The notes beneath the pieces were generated by a model. The model saw only the letters and a list, made by a program, of their open reading frames with translations. It was not told the origin of the DNA and did no database searches. Below, piece by piece: positions 1 to 10,491 of a DNA stretch of 64,000 bases; the first letter of the stretch is position 1; every line of letters starts with the position of its first letter. The translations under genes and the position numbers were made by a program. The stretch spans positions 248,001-312,000 of the forward strand of contig JAPMXV010000053.1 of assembly GCA_026936335.1 (NCBI GenBank), given 5' to 3'. This DNA comes from Mantamonas sphyraenae STR306. Taxonomy: Eukaryota > Protista > CRuMs.

Positions 1-1082
1 TGAAGGGTGTGGGAGTGCGCATTGTGCTCAGCAGCCTCAGCCGCAGTGTGCTCTCCATGGAGGTGTTGGAACAAGCGAACCAGCCCGGCGTGTTGCGACG
101 CGATCCGAACGAAGTCATGACAGATCTGGTGCGACGCAGTCCTCGCGAGGTGCTGTTCCAGGGCGTGAGCAAGCTGCGCACGCAAGCGCTTGGCAGCATG
201 ATTCGACACAGCAAGGGTGGAGCCGGAGCCTCGAGTGGCGTACAGGTGATGGAGGGTGGTTGGATGCAGCAGAGTGGGCCACAGGACGGTGGCGAGGCAG
301 ACGGAGGCGGTGGATCGTCATCGTCGTCCGTCGTCGTGGATGACGGAATGGACATGTGGACGTCCGACGTGGAGGAGGTGGCACCGGGCGTGTTGGGATC
401 GTTCCGGGAGCAGGTGGATCAGTACTACGAACAGATGAACGCGTACTCGTTTGCACCCAACGTGCACGAGGCGCCGCACACGCAAGAGGCACGCAAGATG
501 CTGAGCATCGAGACGCAGCTGCGTGCACAGAAGCAACACGGCGAGGGAGACAGTCTGCTGGACATGGTGACACAGTACGAGCCGCGCTTGTTCTACGCAG
601 ACACGACGGAGCTGCGCAGGCATGTGGAACCGGACACAAAGACACGCAGCGTGCAGGGACTGACGGCACGTCCGCCGGCACTGCATCCCGCGCCCACTCG
701 CTATTTTGTGAGCAAGTATGCACCCATGCTGTACTATCCAAAGGTGGTGTGGCAAGAAGCGAGCAGGAGCGGGCCATCGCTGCCTGTGACTGCGTTGATC
801 CGCGGTGAAGTGACCGCAGAGGAGCTGCTGGAGATGGATGAAAGCACGGAGGATGTACTGGGCAGCGACGTCGTGGAGGGAGTGCTGTTGCAAGGCGGTG
901 TAGGTTTGGAGGTGGCCGTGCACGGCCAAGAGGAGGACTACGACGGGGATGTTGGCGAAGATTTCCAGCCCGCACAAGGAGAGTTTGTCAAGCCGGCGGA
1001 AGAGACGGATGAGGGGGACGAAGGAGAGGATGGAGAGGATGGAGAGGAAGGGGAGGAAGAAGACGAGGAAGATGAGGATTGA
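1..1082 (+). CDS. Uncharacterised protein, 3' part (acidic C-terminal tail)
   Basis: Frame is open from the window edge to TGA at 1080-1082; coding-like composition with an E/D-rich tail; no family recognised. Confidence 0.6.
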   Translation, partial: KGVGVRIVLSSLSRSVLSMEVLEQANQPGVLRRDPNEVMTDLVRRSPREVLFQGVSKLRTQALGSMIRHSKGGAGASSGVQVMEGGWMQQSGPQDGGEADGGGGSSSSSVVVDDGMDMWTSDVEEVAPGVLGSFREQVDQYYEQMNAYSFAPNVHEAPHTQEARKMLSIETQLRAQKQHGEGDSLLDMVTQYEPRLFYADTTELRRHVEPDTKTRSVQGLTARPPALHPAPTRYFVSKYAPMLYYPKVVWQEASRSGPSLPVTALIRGEVTAEELLEMDESTEDVLGSDVVEGVLLQGGVGLEVAVHGQEEDYDGDVGEDFQPAQGEFVKPAEETDEGDEGEDGEDGEEGEEEDEEDED

Positions 1083-1919
1083 AAATGATGTGCTGTTGTG
1101 TCGATTCTACTCTCTGCATTCCTGTGTCTTTTTGTTCCAATGGCCAACTGCTTGCCTTGCTGCTGACTGCGCACTCAACAACATGGTCAATTCAAACTTT
1201 TTCTCTATTTTCTTGTGTGTGTTGTGTGTGTGTGTGTGATTTCTCTGTACATCTGCACATCTGTGCGCCCGCCTGCGCTGTGGTCCTTCTCTGGAGTCAT
1301 CGCGTTCTGCGTTGTCGTTTCCAGTGGTCAGCTTCAGCTTCTCGCTCTTGCCCGTGTTTCCCCGTGCGTGTGTTTGCGACGCCCGTTGTCGTTCATGTAT
1401 GCCACGTCTATGACCATGGTCCGTGTCCATGTGTGTGTATGTGTGTGCAATGGTGGGGATGGAGGCTCGTGGTTGTCTGATTGACCGTTGTCTGCGTGGT
1501 GGTGGTGTGAGTCTGTGCTTCGGGAGGCCCTTTCAAAGCACTCCATCCACACACACTCACACACTCACACCCACTCACACACACGGGTACAAGCACACAA
1601 TCCACTGCCACCCATCTCTCCAACCCAGCACACCCACATCCATCCACACTCTCCCCCCTTTCAAAACATGATCCTTGTGCCACACCCTACTCCAACAGCA
1701 GACATCAACATCAACGCATTGGGCTGTGTGGACAGCGATGCCAATGGCCCCTCCACTGGCGCAGCGCGTGCCTCCAGAGCCAGCCCCAGCACAGACAACA
1801 GCGCAACAATGCCATGCAGCAGCAGGGTCCTTTACCCTGCTCCCACATCCCCGTGCATCTCGCTCTGTCCTACAAGTGCTCCCTGGCTCCTGGTACGCCC
1901 TGCTGCCTCCTCACACCCG

Positions 1920-2850
1920 TCACCGTGCCGATACAGCACCCATGCTGTATCGGAACGGTGTTGCGTTGATGTTCAGCCCGCTAGACGACGACGACGACGA
2001 CGATCCCGATCGCATGCGTGCGTCTCCATCCCCTTCCACCTTGTTCCTTTCCTCCGCTTCTCGCTTCGGGAAGCTCAGAAGCACAGCCTGCACTCCGCTG
2101 CTCGACTGCGACGCAGACGGCGTCCAAATGGCCGTTGTTTCCGACTCCTCCTCCCCGTCCTCCGCCTCGTTCTCCGACTCGCACTCATCGTCCGACACTC
2201 CCCCCGAGTCGCTTTCCCCGTCATCCATCTCCTCCCGTGCTTCCTGCACCCGCACAAGCTCCCAGCCGGGCAGTGGATTTGCAACCGCAACCGTCCTAAA
2301 GAACGCCTCGCTGCTCAGCACCGGTTCCTCACCCATCCGCCCGCCCAGATCCAGCAACTTGATCTCCACGCTGCCTGGATCCACCCTGTTCATGTCCCCG
2401 TCCCTGTGTCAGCTTCCCTCTCCTTCCCCTTTCTTCTCCACCACACCGTTTTTCCAAAGTGTCGGCCGTTTCTCCCGAATCCGTTTTTCCAAGCCCCAAA
2501 TCCGCCACCGCGCCCTTTTCCCGCTCAAACTGCAATATCCTCCCTTTCTCCTCCTTCTCCTCCACTTACCACAGACAGAATGGCACGCTGCCAAACCTCT
2601 CTCCAATCTCATCGATCCCAGCTCGTTTGCATGCTGCCACGATGCATCGGTCCACACGCCCCAGCGCGTTTTGCACGCTGCGGTAGCCGCTTCCCTGCAC
2701 AGGTTGCTGCGCATCCCAATGGCCTTCAAACTTGGCCAGCAGCTCCTGTGCAAAGCACATCTGGAATGTCCGCAGCTGCGACTGCTCCACTCCCTTTGCA
2801 TCCATCACCTGCACCACAATGTGTGTTGCTTCTTCAATCTCTTCCAACAT
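1920..2850 (-). CDS. BTG/Tob-family protein with C-terminal PAM2-like motif, copy 1 (exons 2850-2570 and 2385-1920)
   Basis: BTG signature KFEGHW..QPVQGSGYRS...LW|VDPGSV is restored by splicing GTAAGT...AACAG (intron 2386-2569); PAM2-like SGLNINATPF near the end. Confidence 0.88.
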
Positions 2851-3061
2851 GGTTTTTCGTCAAAAAAATGAGGTGGAATTCTGTGTTGTTGGGTTTGCTT
2901 TCTGCTTTCTGCTTTTGTCTAGTTGCTTCTTGCTTTGCTTCTTGCAATAACCGTAGTGTGTGTGTGTGTTTGTGTGTGTTTGTTCACGTGTGTATTTGCT
3001 GCTGTGCACAACAGTTGGATTTTGTTTCCAGTGGTGGTCGCGGCGCACCCACGCCGCATGC

Positions 3062-3155
3062 TCACAGGAATAGGTGTGCCTCTGTTGGATGTGAGCACGG
3101 CACAACGGACAGTCTTCCAGGTTTGGAGAGCAGGTGGTGCACACACATACGTGCT
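3062..3155 (-). pseudogene. Truncated copy of the last ~30 codons of the RING E3 gene, carried inside the inverted duplication
   Basis: HVCVCTTCSPNLEDCPLCRAHIQQRHT matches 6248-6342; the 5' part is missing and a 1-nt deletion puts the stop out of frame. Confidence 0.85.
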
Positions 3156-3162
3156 CTGAACG

Positions 3163-4527
3163 TCACAAACGCAGAAAAGCCCCAGGGAGCAGCTGCTGGT
3201 TGAGCGACACATTAAACACCTGACAATGGTAGGCATACGCAGTAGTATGACCTACCTTGCCCTCATGGCAACTGTACATCTGCCTGTGCTCGTCAAAGTG
3301 CATGACAAGCTCCACGCGCGAGCCAGGGATGCGCAGGCCAGACTCGTCCAGCGAGTCCCTGAAACATGACACCTGATATGTGCACCCGGATGGCGCCAGG
3401 CTCAATGCCCTGTCGTCCAGCATCGGACGCATCCACAGCGTTGTCTCACCCTCACCATCCCGCTCCACGCTGAGTTCAGGGGACTGCATCCAGCTGTACG
3501 TGGGCGCGGGCACGTTCGATTGCATGCTCCGCGCACTCCCACCTCTGCTTCCTGTGTTTGACGCCTCCGCCTCTTCCTCCTCGTCCAGGGGGTGGATCTC
3601 TGCAATCATGTCAGACGTGGAGCTGTTGAAGGATTCGTCCTGTGCCCTCAGTGTGTTTGTCTGCGCCACTATCTGTGCACTCAGCATGTCCATCTCCCGT
3701 AGCGTCGCCCGCATCTGCTCTTTGTAAGCACTTGCGCGTTCCTCGAACGAGGTTGACTCGGACAGATCCCGATCTCCTTCTCGAGGCGCCCACAGGCGCC
3801 TGCTGCTGCTACTGCCAATACTGCTGCTGCTGCTGCTGTTTCCGGCGCCAATGCTGCTGTGTGTGCTATTTACATCCATGTTCTCCCGCATGTGCTGTGT
3901 CTCCAGTGTGTGAACTTGTTCCGCTGCACTCTTGGCCAGAGTCTTGCCACTACGACTGGCCTGCAGCTCAGCCATTTTCCGTTCCAACGATGTCATTTTG
4001 TCACTCTTTAGCCCTTCCATCATTTCTCTCAGCCTAGTGCGAGCTTCCTGGTACTCCTCCATTTCTCTGCTCCTTTCCAGGTCGTCCAGCAGCGAGTCAC
4101 GAGACTCCTCCAATGCACCCATTGTGCCAATGCGTGTGGAACGCGGGGAACTTGCTTCGCTGCGTGCGTCCGTGCTTGCAACGGAGCGAGCCAGCACGGG
4201 GGAGGCAAAGGCCGTGGTTTTCGCGCCAACTTTCATCTGCTCGTACGTAGCCCGCAACTTGGCCATACGCTCGCGTTCCCGGTGCAGCCGAGCCACCTGT
4301 TCGTCTGGGGTGCTGCTCTCCTTTGTGCTGGTGCGCTGTGTGACGGGTGTGCCCATGACGCCTGCTGTTGGCTGCGTCCGTTCGGTGACGCGCAACGAAC
4401 CAAGTCGGCTGCTCATGCTGCTACGCATGTTGCTCGGCGCCTCTTCTTCTTCGTCATCGCTCGAGTCGTACCCATCCGCAAGCACCATCCGCTTCCCACG
4501 TGGTGTGGGTGGCTTGAGCAAGGACAT
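3163..4527 (-). CDS. Uncharacterised low-complexity/coiled-coil protein
   Basis: Long ORF from ATG 4527 (MSLLKPPTPRG) with E/R/K-rich heptad segments; possible 36-nt in-frame intron at 3220-3255. Confidence 0.7.
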   Translation of the reverse strand: MSLLKPPTPRGKRMVLADGYDSSDDEEEEAPSNMRSSMSSRLGSLRVTERTQPTAGVMGTPVTQRTSTKESSTPDEQVARLHRERERMAKLRATYEQMKVGAKTTAFASPVLARSVASTDARSEASSPRSTRIGTMGALEESRDSLLDDLERSREMEEYQEARTRLREMMEGLKSDKMTSLERKMAELQASRSGKTLAKSAAEQVHTLETQHMRENMDVNSTHSSIGAGNSSSSSSIGSSSSRRLWAPREGDRDLSESTSFEERASAYKEQMRATLREMDMLSAQIVAQTNTLRAQDESFNSSTSDMIAEIHPLDEEEEAEASNTGSRGGSARSMQSNVPAPTYSWMQSPELSVERDGEGETTLWMRPMLDDRALSLAPSGCTYQVSCFRDSLDESGLRIPGSRVELVMHFDEHRQMYSCHEGKVGHTTAYAYHCQVFNVSLNQQLLPGAFLRL

Positions 4528-4594
4528 TGGGTTGTCGTTTGGCCGACACGCGCGTCGTCGTCGTGGCACCCAAGTTTATCCTCAACCGACCACA

Positions 4595-5074
4595 ATGAGC
4601 GCCGATGAGGATGCAGTGTCCATCCATGTGGAAGAGGAGCAGTCTCAACCCTCACACAGGAATTCAGGAGAAGAGGACCAGGACGGGGACGCCGGAGCAG
4701 CAAAGAGGCAGGGGTTGGGAGCATTCCTGGCCCAGTCACCACTGATTCCCAATGCTGGGTCGACTGCACGTGACCACTTGGCCAATGAGCGCACGTTTCT
4801 GGCTTGGATCCGAACGGCCCTGGGCAGTGTGGGTCTCGGGGCGGCGTTTTCTCAGTTTGCCAACAACCAGCTCGGACTCACTGCAGGCATCTTCTTCATC
4901 CTCATGGGCGTCGTTGTGCTTGCCTTTTCTGCCATTCGATACGTGCGCGTGACACAGCTCATGCGCGAAGGCAAGTTCCGGCCGGCAAAGTGGTCGACCA
5001 TGGTCGTCGTCTTGCTCGCCGGCGTGGCGACAGTGTTTGCTCTCGTGATGGTCGCCAGCACACCCGTCGTATGA
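4595..5074 (+). CDS. DUF202 (YidH/VTC-type three-TM) membrane protein
   Basis: Motif STARDHLANERTFLAWIRT followed by three hydrophobic helices. Confidence 0.92.
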   Translation: MSADEDAVSIHVEEEQSQPSHRNSGEEDQDGDAGAAKRQGLGAFLAQSPLIPNAGSTARDHLANERTFLAWIRTALGSVGLGAAFSQFANNQLGLTAGIFFILMGVVVLAFSAIRYVRVTQLMREGKFRPAKWSTMVVVLLAGVATVFALVMVASTPVV

Positions 5075-5145
5075 CATTAGGCGTTGTGAGAATGGTGTGG
5101 ATGAGATTAATGAGGATTTGAGTGCCGCGATGGTCAACCCAGCCA

Positions 5146-6342
5146 ATGCAAGTCACCGAGGACGGACCAAACAAGCTCCGCCTCGGCTGCTGGAACCCAT
5201 GCGGGTTTGCAGCCGTGGCTGTGTTTCTGGTGGCCACTGCCGTGTTTTGGAGGATGGATGTGGAATCACGTCTTGATTGCTATCAGCCGTCGCTGCAGGG
5301 GACGTCGGATGCTTTTGCGCGTGTGGACAGTTTCTTGGACGTCAACACACCAGAGGAGATCGATCCACACGGGTTGGTGTTGCGCCCCAGATTCCAGGGG
5401 CGGTGCTACATGGCCTCGCTGAGCATGGCAAACAGATATCGGGTGCTCAGTGGACAGAAGACAAAGGAGCTGCTGGTGGATGAGCTGGCTGAGTGTCGCA
5501 CACGTACGGTCAAGACCACACGCAAGAAGAAGAAGGGTGGAACCACAACAACCATTCGATACCACGTGGAGCTGCTGGACAAGAGCGGGTCGGCGTTTGA
5601 GTTTCACGTGTTTGATGACGTGGTCGAAGCGCGACGGCACGACGCCCTCGTCAACCAGTTTCTGCAACGGGTGAACCAGGCCAAAGTAAGCGCATGGATC
5701 AATGCAGAACGAGGGGTTGGTGGCACTGTCCAGGTGGAACCCCTGTCGTTGGTGGTAGACCAAACATGGTCGGAGGAGCTCTTTGCGCTCTCCTCGCTCA
5801 TGCTAATGATTCTATGTGCCTTGTATATGCCTGTGCACGAGTCTGTACTGATGGACGCCGAGCAGGATCTGTTGCAACGCACCACGTTCAACATGTTTGG
5901 CCTCACGTGCCACTTTGAAGTGCGGCCGCTGCACGTGTTTGAACGCGCCAAGGTGACCACCAAGACCAGCACACGCAATGGGAAACGCAGCACCACGTAT
6001 GCACTGACCATTGAGACAAACGACGGCAGTCCCGCGGTTGCTCTGCAGTTTGGTTCGTCGGTATCAGGGCACGCACCGATTGACAATGCCAAGCGGGCGA
6101 TCAACCACTTCCTAGCGCACGCACAGAGTGTGCACCAGCGCATCGGCGAACATTTGGATGCTGTGCTCGACGATGATGACCTGGACAAGGATGGAACCTG
6201 TTGTGTGTGTCTCTCGCGCAAGTCGCGTGTTGCTTTTCTCCCTTGCAAGCACGTATGTGTGTGCACCACCTGCTCTCCAAACCTGGAAGACTGTCCGCTG
6301 TGCCGTGCTCACATCCAGCAGAGGCACACCCTGTTCCTGTGA
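5146..6342 (+). CDS. Two-TM membrane protein with an internally duplicated domain and C-terminal C3HC4 RING (putative E3 ligase)
   Basis: CCVCLSRKSRVAFLPCKHVCVCTTCSPNLEDCPLCR is an IAP/MUL1-type RING; two TM segments; two related Y-x-V/L-x-L/I...INHFL/VNQFL units. Confidence 0.88.
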   Translation: MQVTEDGPNKLRLGCWNPCGFAAVAVFLVATAVFWRMDVESRLDCYQPSLQGTSDAFARVDSFLDVNTPEEIDPHGLVLRPRFQGRCYMASLSMANRYRVLSGQKTKELLVDELAECRTRTVKTTRKKKKGGTTTTIRYHVELLDKSGSAFEFHVFDDVVEARRHDALVNQFLQRVNQAKVSAWINAERGVGGTVQVEPLSLVVDQTWSEELFALSSLMLMILCALYMPVHESVLMDAEQDLLQRTTFNMFGLTCHFEVRPLHVFERAKVTTKTSTRNGKRSTTYALTIETNDGSPAVALQFGSSVSGHAPIDNAKRAINHFLAHAQSVHQRIGEHLDAVLDDDDLDKDGTCCVCLSRKSRVAFLPCKHVCVCTTCSPNLEDCPLCRAHIQQRHTLFL

Positions 6343-8331
6343 GCATGCGGCGTGGGTGCGCCGCGACCACCACTGGAAACAAAATCCAACTGTTGTGCAC
6401 AGCAGCAAATACACACGTGAACAAACACACACAAACACACACACACACTACGGTTATTGCAAGAAGCAAAGCAAGAAGCAACTAGACAAAAGCAGAAAGC
6501 AGAAAGCAAACCCAACAACACAGAATTCCACCTCATTTTTTTGACGAAAAACCATGTTGGAAGAGATTGAAGAAGCAACACACATTGTGGTGCAGGTGAT
6601 GGATGCAAAGGGAGTGGAGCAGTCGCAGCTGCGGACATTCCAGATGTGCTTTGCACAGGAGCTGCTGGCCAAGTTTGAAGGCCATTGGGATGCGCAGCAA
6701 CCTGTGCAGGGAAGCGGCTACCGCAGCGTGCAAAACGCGCTGGGGCGTGTGGACCGATGCATCGTGGCAGCATGCAAACGAGCTGGGATCGATGAGATTG
6801 GAGAGAGGTTTGGCAGCGTGCCATTCTGTCTGTGGTAAGTGGAGGAGAAGGAGGAGAAAGGGAGGATATTGCAGTTTGAGCGGGAAAAGGGCGCGGTGGC
6901 GGATTTGGGGCTTGGAAAAACGGATTCGGGAGAAACGGCCGACACTTTGGAAAAAAACGGTGTGGTGGAGAAGAAAGGGGAAGGAGAGGGAAGCTGACAC
7001 AGGGACGGGGACATGAACAGGGTGGATCCAGGCAGCGTGGAGATCAAGTTGCTGGATCTGGGCGGGCGGATGGGTGAGGAACCGGTGCTGAGCAGCGAGG
7101 CGTTCTTCAGGACGGTTGCGGTTGCAAATCCACTGCCCGGCTGGGAGCTTGTGCGGGTGCAGGAAGCACGGGAGGAGATGGATGACGGGGAAAGCGACTC
7201 GGGGGGAGTGTCGGACGATGAGTGCGAGTCGGAGAACGAGGCGGAGGACGGGGAGGAGGAGTCGGAGACAACGGCCATTTGGACGCCGTCTGCGTCGCAG
7301 TCGAGCAGCGGAGTGCAGGCTGTGCTTCTGAGCTTCCCGAAGCGAGAAGTGGAGGAAAGGAACAAGGTGGAAGGGGATGGAGACGCACGCATGCGATCGG
7401 GATCGTCGTCGTCGTCGTCGTCGAGCGGGCTGAACATCAACGCAACACCGTTCCGATACAGCATGGGTGCTGTATCGGCACGGTGACGGGTGTGAGGAGG
7501 CAGCAGGGCGTACCAGGAGCCAGGGAGCACTTGTAGGACAGAGCGAGATGCACGGGGATGTGGGAGCAGGGTAAAGGACCCTGCTGCTGCATGGCATTGT
7601 TGCGCTGTTGTCTGTGCTGGGGCTGGCTCTGGAGGCACGCGCTGCGCCAGTGGAGGGGCCATTGGCATCGCTGTCCACACAGCCCAATGCGTTGATGTTG
7701 ATGTCTGCTGTTGGAGTAGGGTGTGGCACAAGGATCATGTTTTGAAAGGGGAGAGGTGTGGATGGATGAGTGGGTGTGCTGGGTTGGAGAGATGGGTGGC
7801 AGTGGATTGTGTGCTTGTACCCGTGTGTGTGTGTGTGGGTTTGAGTGTGTGAGTGTGTGTGGATGGAGTGCTTTGAAAGGGCCTCCCGAAGCACAGACTC
7901 ACATCACCACCACGCAGACAACGGTCAATCAGACAACCACGAGCCTCCATCCCCACCATTGCACACAAACACACATACACACACATGGACACGGAACATG
8001 GTCATAGACGTGGCATACATGAACGACAACGGGCGTCGCAAACACACGCATGGGGAAACACGGGCATGAGCGAGAAGCTGAAGCTGACCACTGGAAACGA
8101 CAACGCAGAACGCGATGACTCCAGAGAAGGACCACAGCGCAGGCGGGCGCACAGATGTGCAGATGTACAGAGAAATCACACACACACACACACACAACAC
8201 ACACAACAGAAAATAGAGAAAAAGTTTGAATTGACCGTGTTGTTGTTGCGTGCGCAGTCAGCAGCAAGGCAAGCAGTTGGCCATTGGAACAAAAAGACAC
8301 AGGAATGCAGAGAGTAGAATCGACACAACAG
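6248..8331. repeat. Right arm of inverted duplication (source copy)
   Basis: Contains the intact 3' end of the RING gene, so it is the ancestral copy; mirrors 1093-3155. Confidence 0.97.
6554..7486 (+). CDS. BTG/Tob-family protein with PAM2-like motif, copy 2 (exons 6554-6834 and 7021-7486)
   Basis: Same as copy 1; intron 6835-7020 (GTAAGT...GCTGAC...AACAG); one amino-acid difference (REVEERN vs REAEERN). Confidence 0.9.
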
Positions 8332-8907
8332 ATGGAAAACAACGTAATACGTTCACGAGAAGAGGGCAAGGTGGTGGTGGATGGATTGCAAGGGCTGGAG
8401 GAGCAGGAGTGGGGTGTGCGTCGCTCAGTGTGGACGGTGGCCGTGATGGCAGAAGACACAGCTCACAGGGAGATCGCATGCAAAGGTGGGTACTGCAGCA
8501 AGGTGGAGAAGAGCATGGACGTGTGTGGAGAAGGACTGACAAGTTCAGAATGCAGTGTTGGAGGGGCGGGGTTGGAAGAGATGCGGGCCGATCCTGCGAA
8601 AACGGGGGCTGCGCGTGGGTGAGGGGGAGGTGGACATGGAAGTGCGTGTGCAGGGACACAACACAGTGGAGATGGCTACAGGGGCTGTGGTGTGTGTGGC
8701 AGACCGTCTGGAGACGAGGGAGGTGTCATTGCTGAGACTGCGAGTGCGGTGTGGAACGATGCCGATGGTGCTTGTGCTGACGGAGGAGCGTCCGTCGCGG
8801 TATTTCTCCGAAACGATGGAACTGAACAGCGCACGGATGAATCTGTGCGGATGGGCTGTGGGGCTGGGTCAACTGGAGGACTGTGTGGTGGTGTGTGCTG
8901 GGAACAC

Positions 8908-10443
8908 ATGTCAGTGATGGCGATGGATTCGCTGTACAACGCAGTGGTGGCTGATCACACACATGCAGTGCTGAAGTATGTGAGCACGGGTGCATATCTG
9001 CGGGAATGCGACCGAGTGGCGTGTCTGATGTGCGCTGTGGCACACAACAATGTGGCCGTCACGAAAGTATTGCTGGAACATGGCCTTTGCAATGTCAATG
9101 ACCAACATGAGAGCAGTGGACGCACAGCGTTGATGCAAGCGGTGATGTCGTGCGAAGAGGACACGAACATTCTGGAAGAGCTCCTGGATATGGGTGGAAA
9201 TGTGCACCTGCGGTGTCGACGACGCCAGACGCCGTTGCATGTGGCAGCAGACGTGGGACACATCGGAGCAGCCAAGGTGTTGTTGAAGGCGGGGGTTGAG
9301 GTGGATGCGCGTGATCGGATGGGCTGGAGTGCATTTGAAGTGGCAGTTCGTCGCGGACACCTTGGGTTGGCAAAGCTGCTTGCTGCCCATGGGTGCGATT
9401 GGACACCGAGCAAGCGGGATGAAGCATCCATGGCGCAGCGTGCGGTGCAGTCTGGCAATGCAAGCATGGTGGCGTGGGTGCTGGAGCAAGGCGGGTATGC
9501 GCGTGCGGACAAGGCAAACGTGCGCGGAGAGACGGCGTTGATGTTTGCAGCCCGGCTGCCCACAGCGCAAGCACTGGAGGCACTTCTTCGAGCTTCGTGT
9601 GACCCTCAAGCGACCTGTGCGCGTGGGTTTACGCCTCTCATGCAGGCAGCACGCCATGGAAGCGTGGCATGCGCCCGTGTACTCCTGGAATGGGGTGTTT
9701 CCACAAACATCACCTCAAGTGGCGGTCGCACAGCTCTCATGATTGCTTCAGCCCATGGGCACGTGAAAGTTGCCCATGCGTTGCTGCGTTTCGGGGCGGA
9801 AATCAACGTGCACACGTGCAATGCAGAGTCTGCGTTGACGTTTGCAGTTGTCTACGAGCGTGTGGACGTTGTGCGTGTGCTCCTGGAGAATGGTGCCGAT
9901 CCAAACCTGTACAAAGCTGTCCCTAGATTGTCGCGTTATCATTCGTTCACATGCGACCTCGCGCGGGCCATTGCTCTCAACAACATGGCCATCACTGTGC
10001 TCCTTCTTCGCGCCGGTGCACAATACTCCAACATGCGGGCAATGAGAGTCAGCAACGCGGCCATGGACGCCTTTCGCTGTCACAAGGATGGATTCCTGGA
10101 CGAGTTCCTGGTGCGTGGAGGCATCGAGCGGTCGCCAGACTCGCACCACCTTGCGTCGGCGCAACTGGACACACGCATGGAAACGCTTCTTGTGATGAAT
10201 GCAGAGGAACGGGAGTGTCTGTTCGAGGCCGGGGACATGAACGCCTACGTGCCGACGGCGCTGTGGAGCACCGTGCCAGACGAGGTTCTTGTGCGCATCC
10301 AAGACGCCCTGGTTGGGAACGAGACCACAACCTACTCGGAGCTGGACCGTGAGAAACAGGCGTTGAAGGATGCTGCCAATGGGATCAGTGGCAGCAGCAG
10401 CAGCAGCAGCAGCAGTTGGAGCACACTGTTCCAAACCAAATGA
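8908..10443 (+). CDS. Ankyrin-repeat protein with C-terminal F-box-like module
   Basis: About 10 ANK repeats (GRTALMQA, QTPLHVAA, GETALMFAA, GFTPLMQAA, GRTALMIAS); C-terminal ...WSTVPDEVLVRI; start ATG could be 8908, 8917 or 8923. Confidence 0.92.
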   Translation: MSVMAMDSLYNAVVADHTHAVLKYVSTGAYLRECDRVACLMCAVAHNNVAVTKVLLEHGLCNVNDQHESSGRTALMQAVMSCEEDTNILEELLDMGGNVHLRCRRRQTPLHVAADVGHIGAAKVLLKAGVEVDARDRMGWSAFEVAVRRGHLGLAKLLAAHGCDWTPSKRDEASMAQRAVQSGNASMVAWVLEQGGYARADKANVRGETALMFAARLPTAQALEALLRASCDPQATCARGFTPLMQAARHGSVACARVLLEWGVSTNITSSGGRTALMIASAHGHVKVAHALLRFGAEINVHTCNAESALTFAVVYERVDVVRVLLENGADPNLYKAVPRLSRYHSFTCDLARAIALNNMAITVLLLRAGAQYSNMRAMRVSNAAMDAFRCHKDGFLDEFLVRGGIERSPDSHHLASAQLDTRMETLLVMNAEERECLFEAGDMNAYVPTALWSTVPDEVLVRIQDALVGNETTTYSELDREKQALKDAANGISGSSSSSSSSWSTLFQTK

Positions 10444-10491
10444 ACACAAGGGCACTCGCCGCCCAACCGCAACCACCCAAATTCACCGACA

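Larger units (their letters stand above)
1093..3155. repeat. Left arm of ~2.06-kb inverted duplication (derived copy of 6248-8331)
   Basis: Reverse complement matches 6248-8331 almost base for base (ctgttgtgtcgattctac... / ...gtagaatcgacacaacag), with a few SNPs and microsatellite indels. Confidence 0.97.

Noticed and set aside
1488-3203. Long ORFs of 571, 398 and 453 aa in the repeat arms
   Set aside because: They are antisense to the spliced BTG gene, and their frames differ between the two arms because of an intronic A-run indel.
3220-3255. 36-nt in-frame GTAGGT...TCAG mini-intron
   Set aside because: Much shorter than every other intron here and contains no stop; cannot be decided without RNA data.
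1093-8331. Inverted repeat interpreted as the TIRs of a DNA transposon (Foldback/Polinton-like)
   Set aside because: The spacer holds ordinary host genes, there is no transposase or integrase, and one arm is continuous with a host gene.
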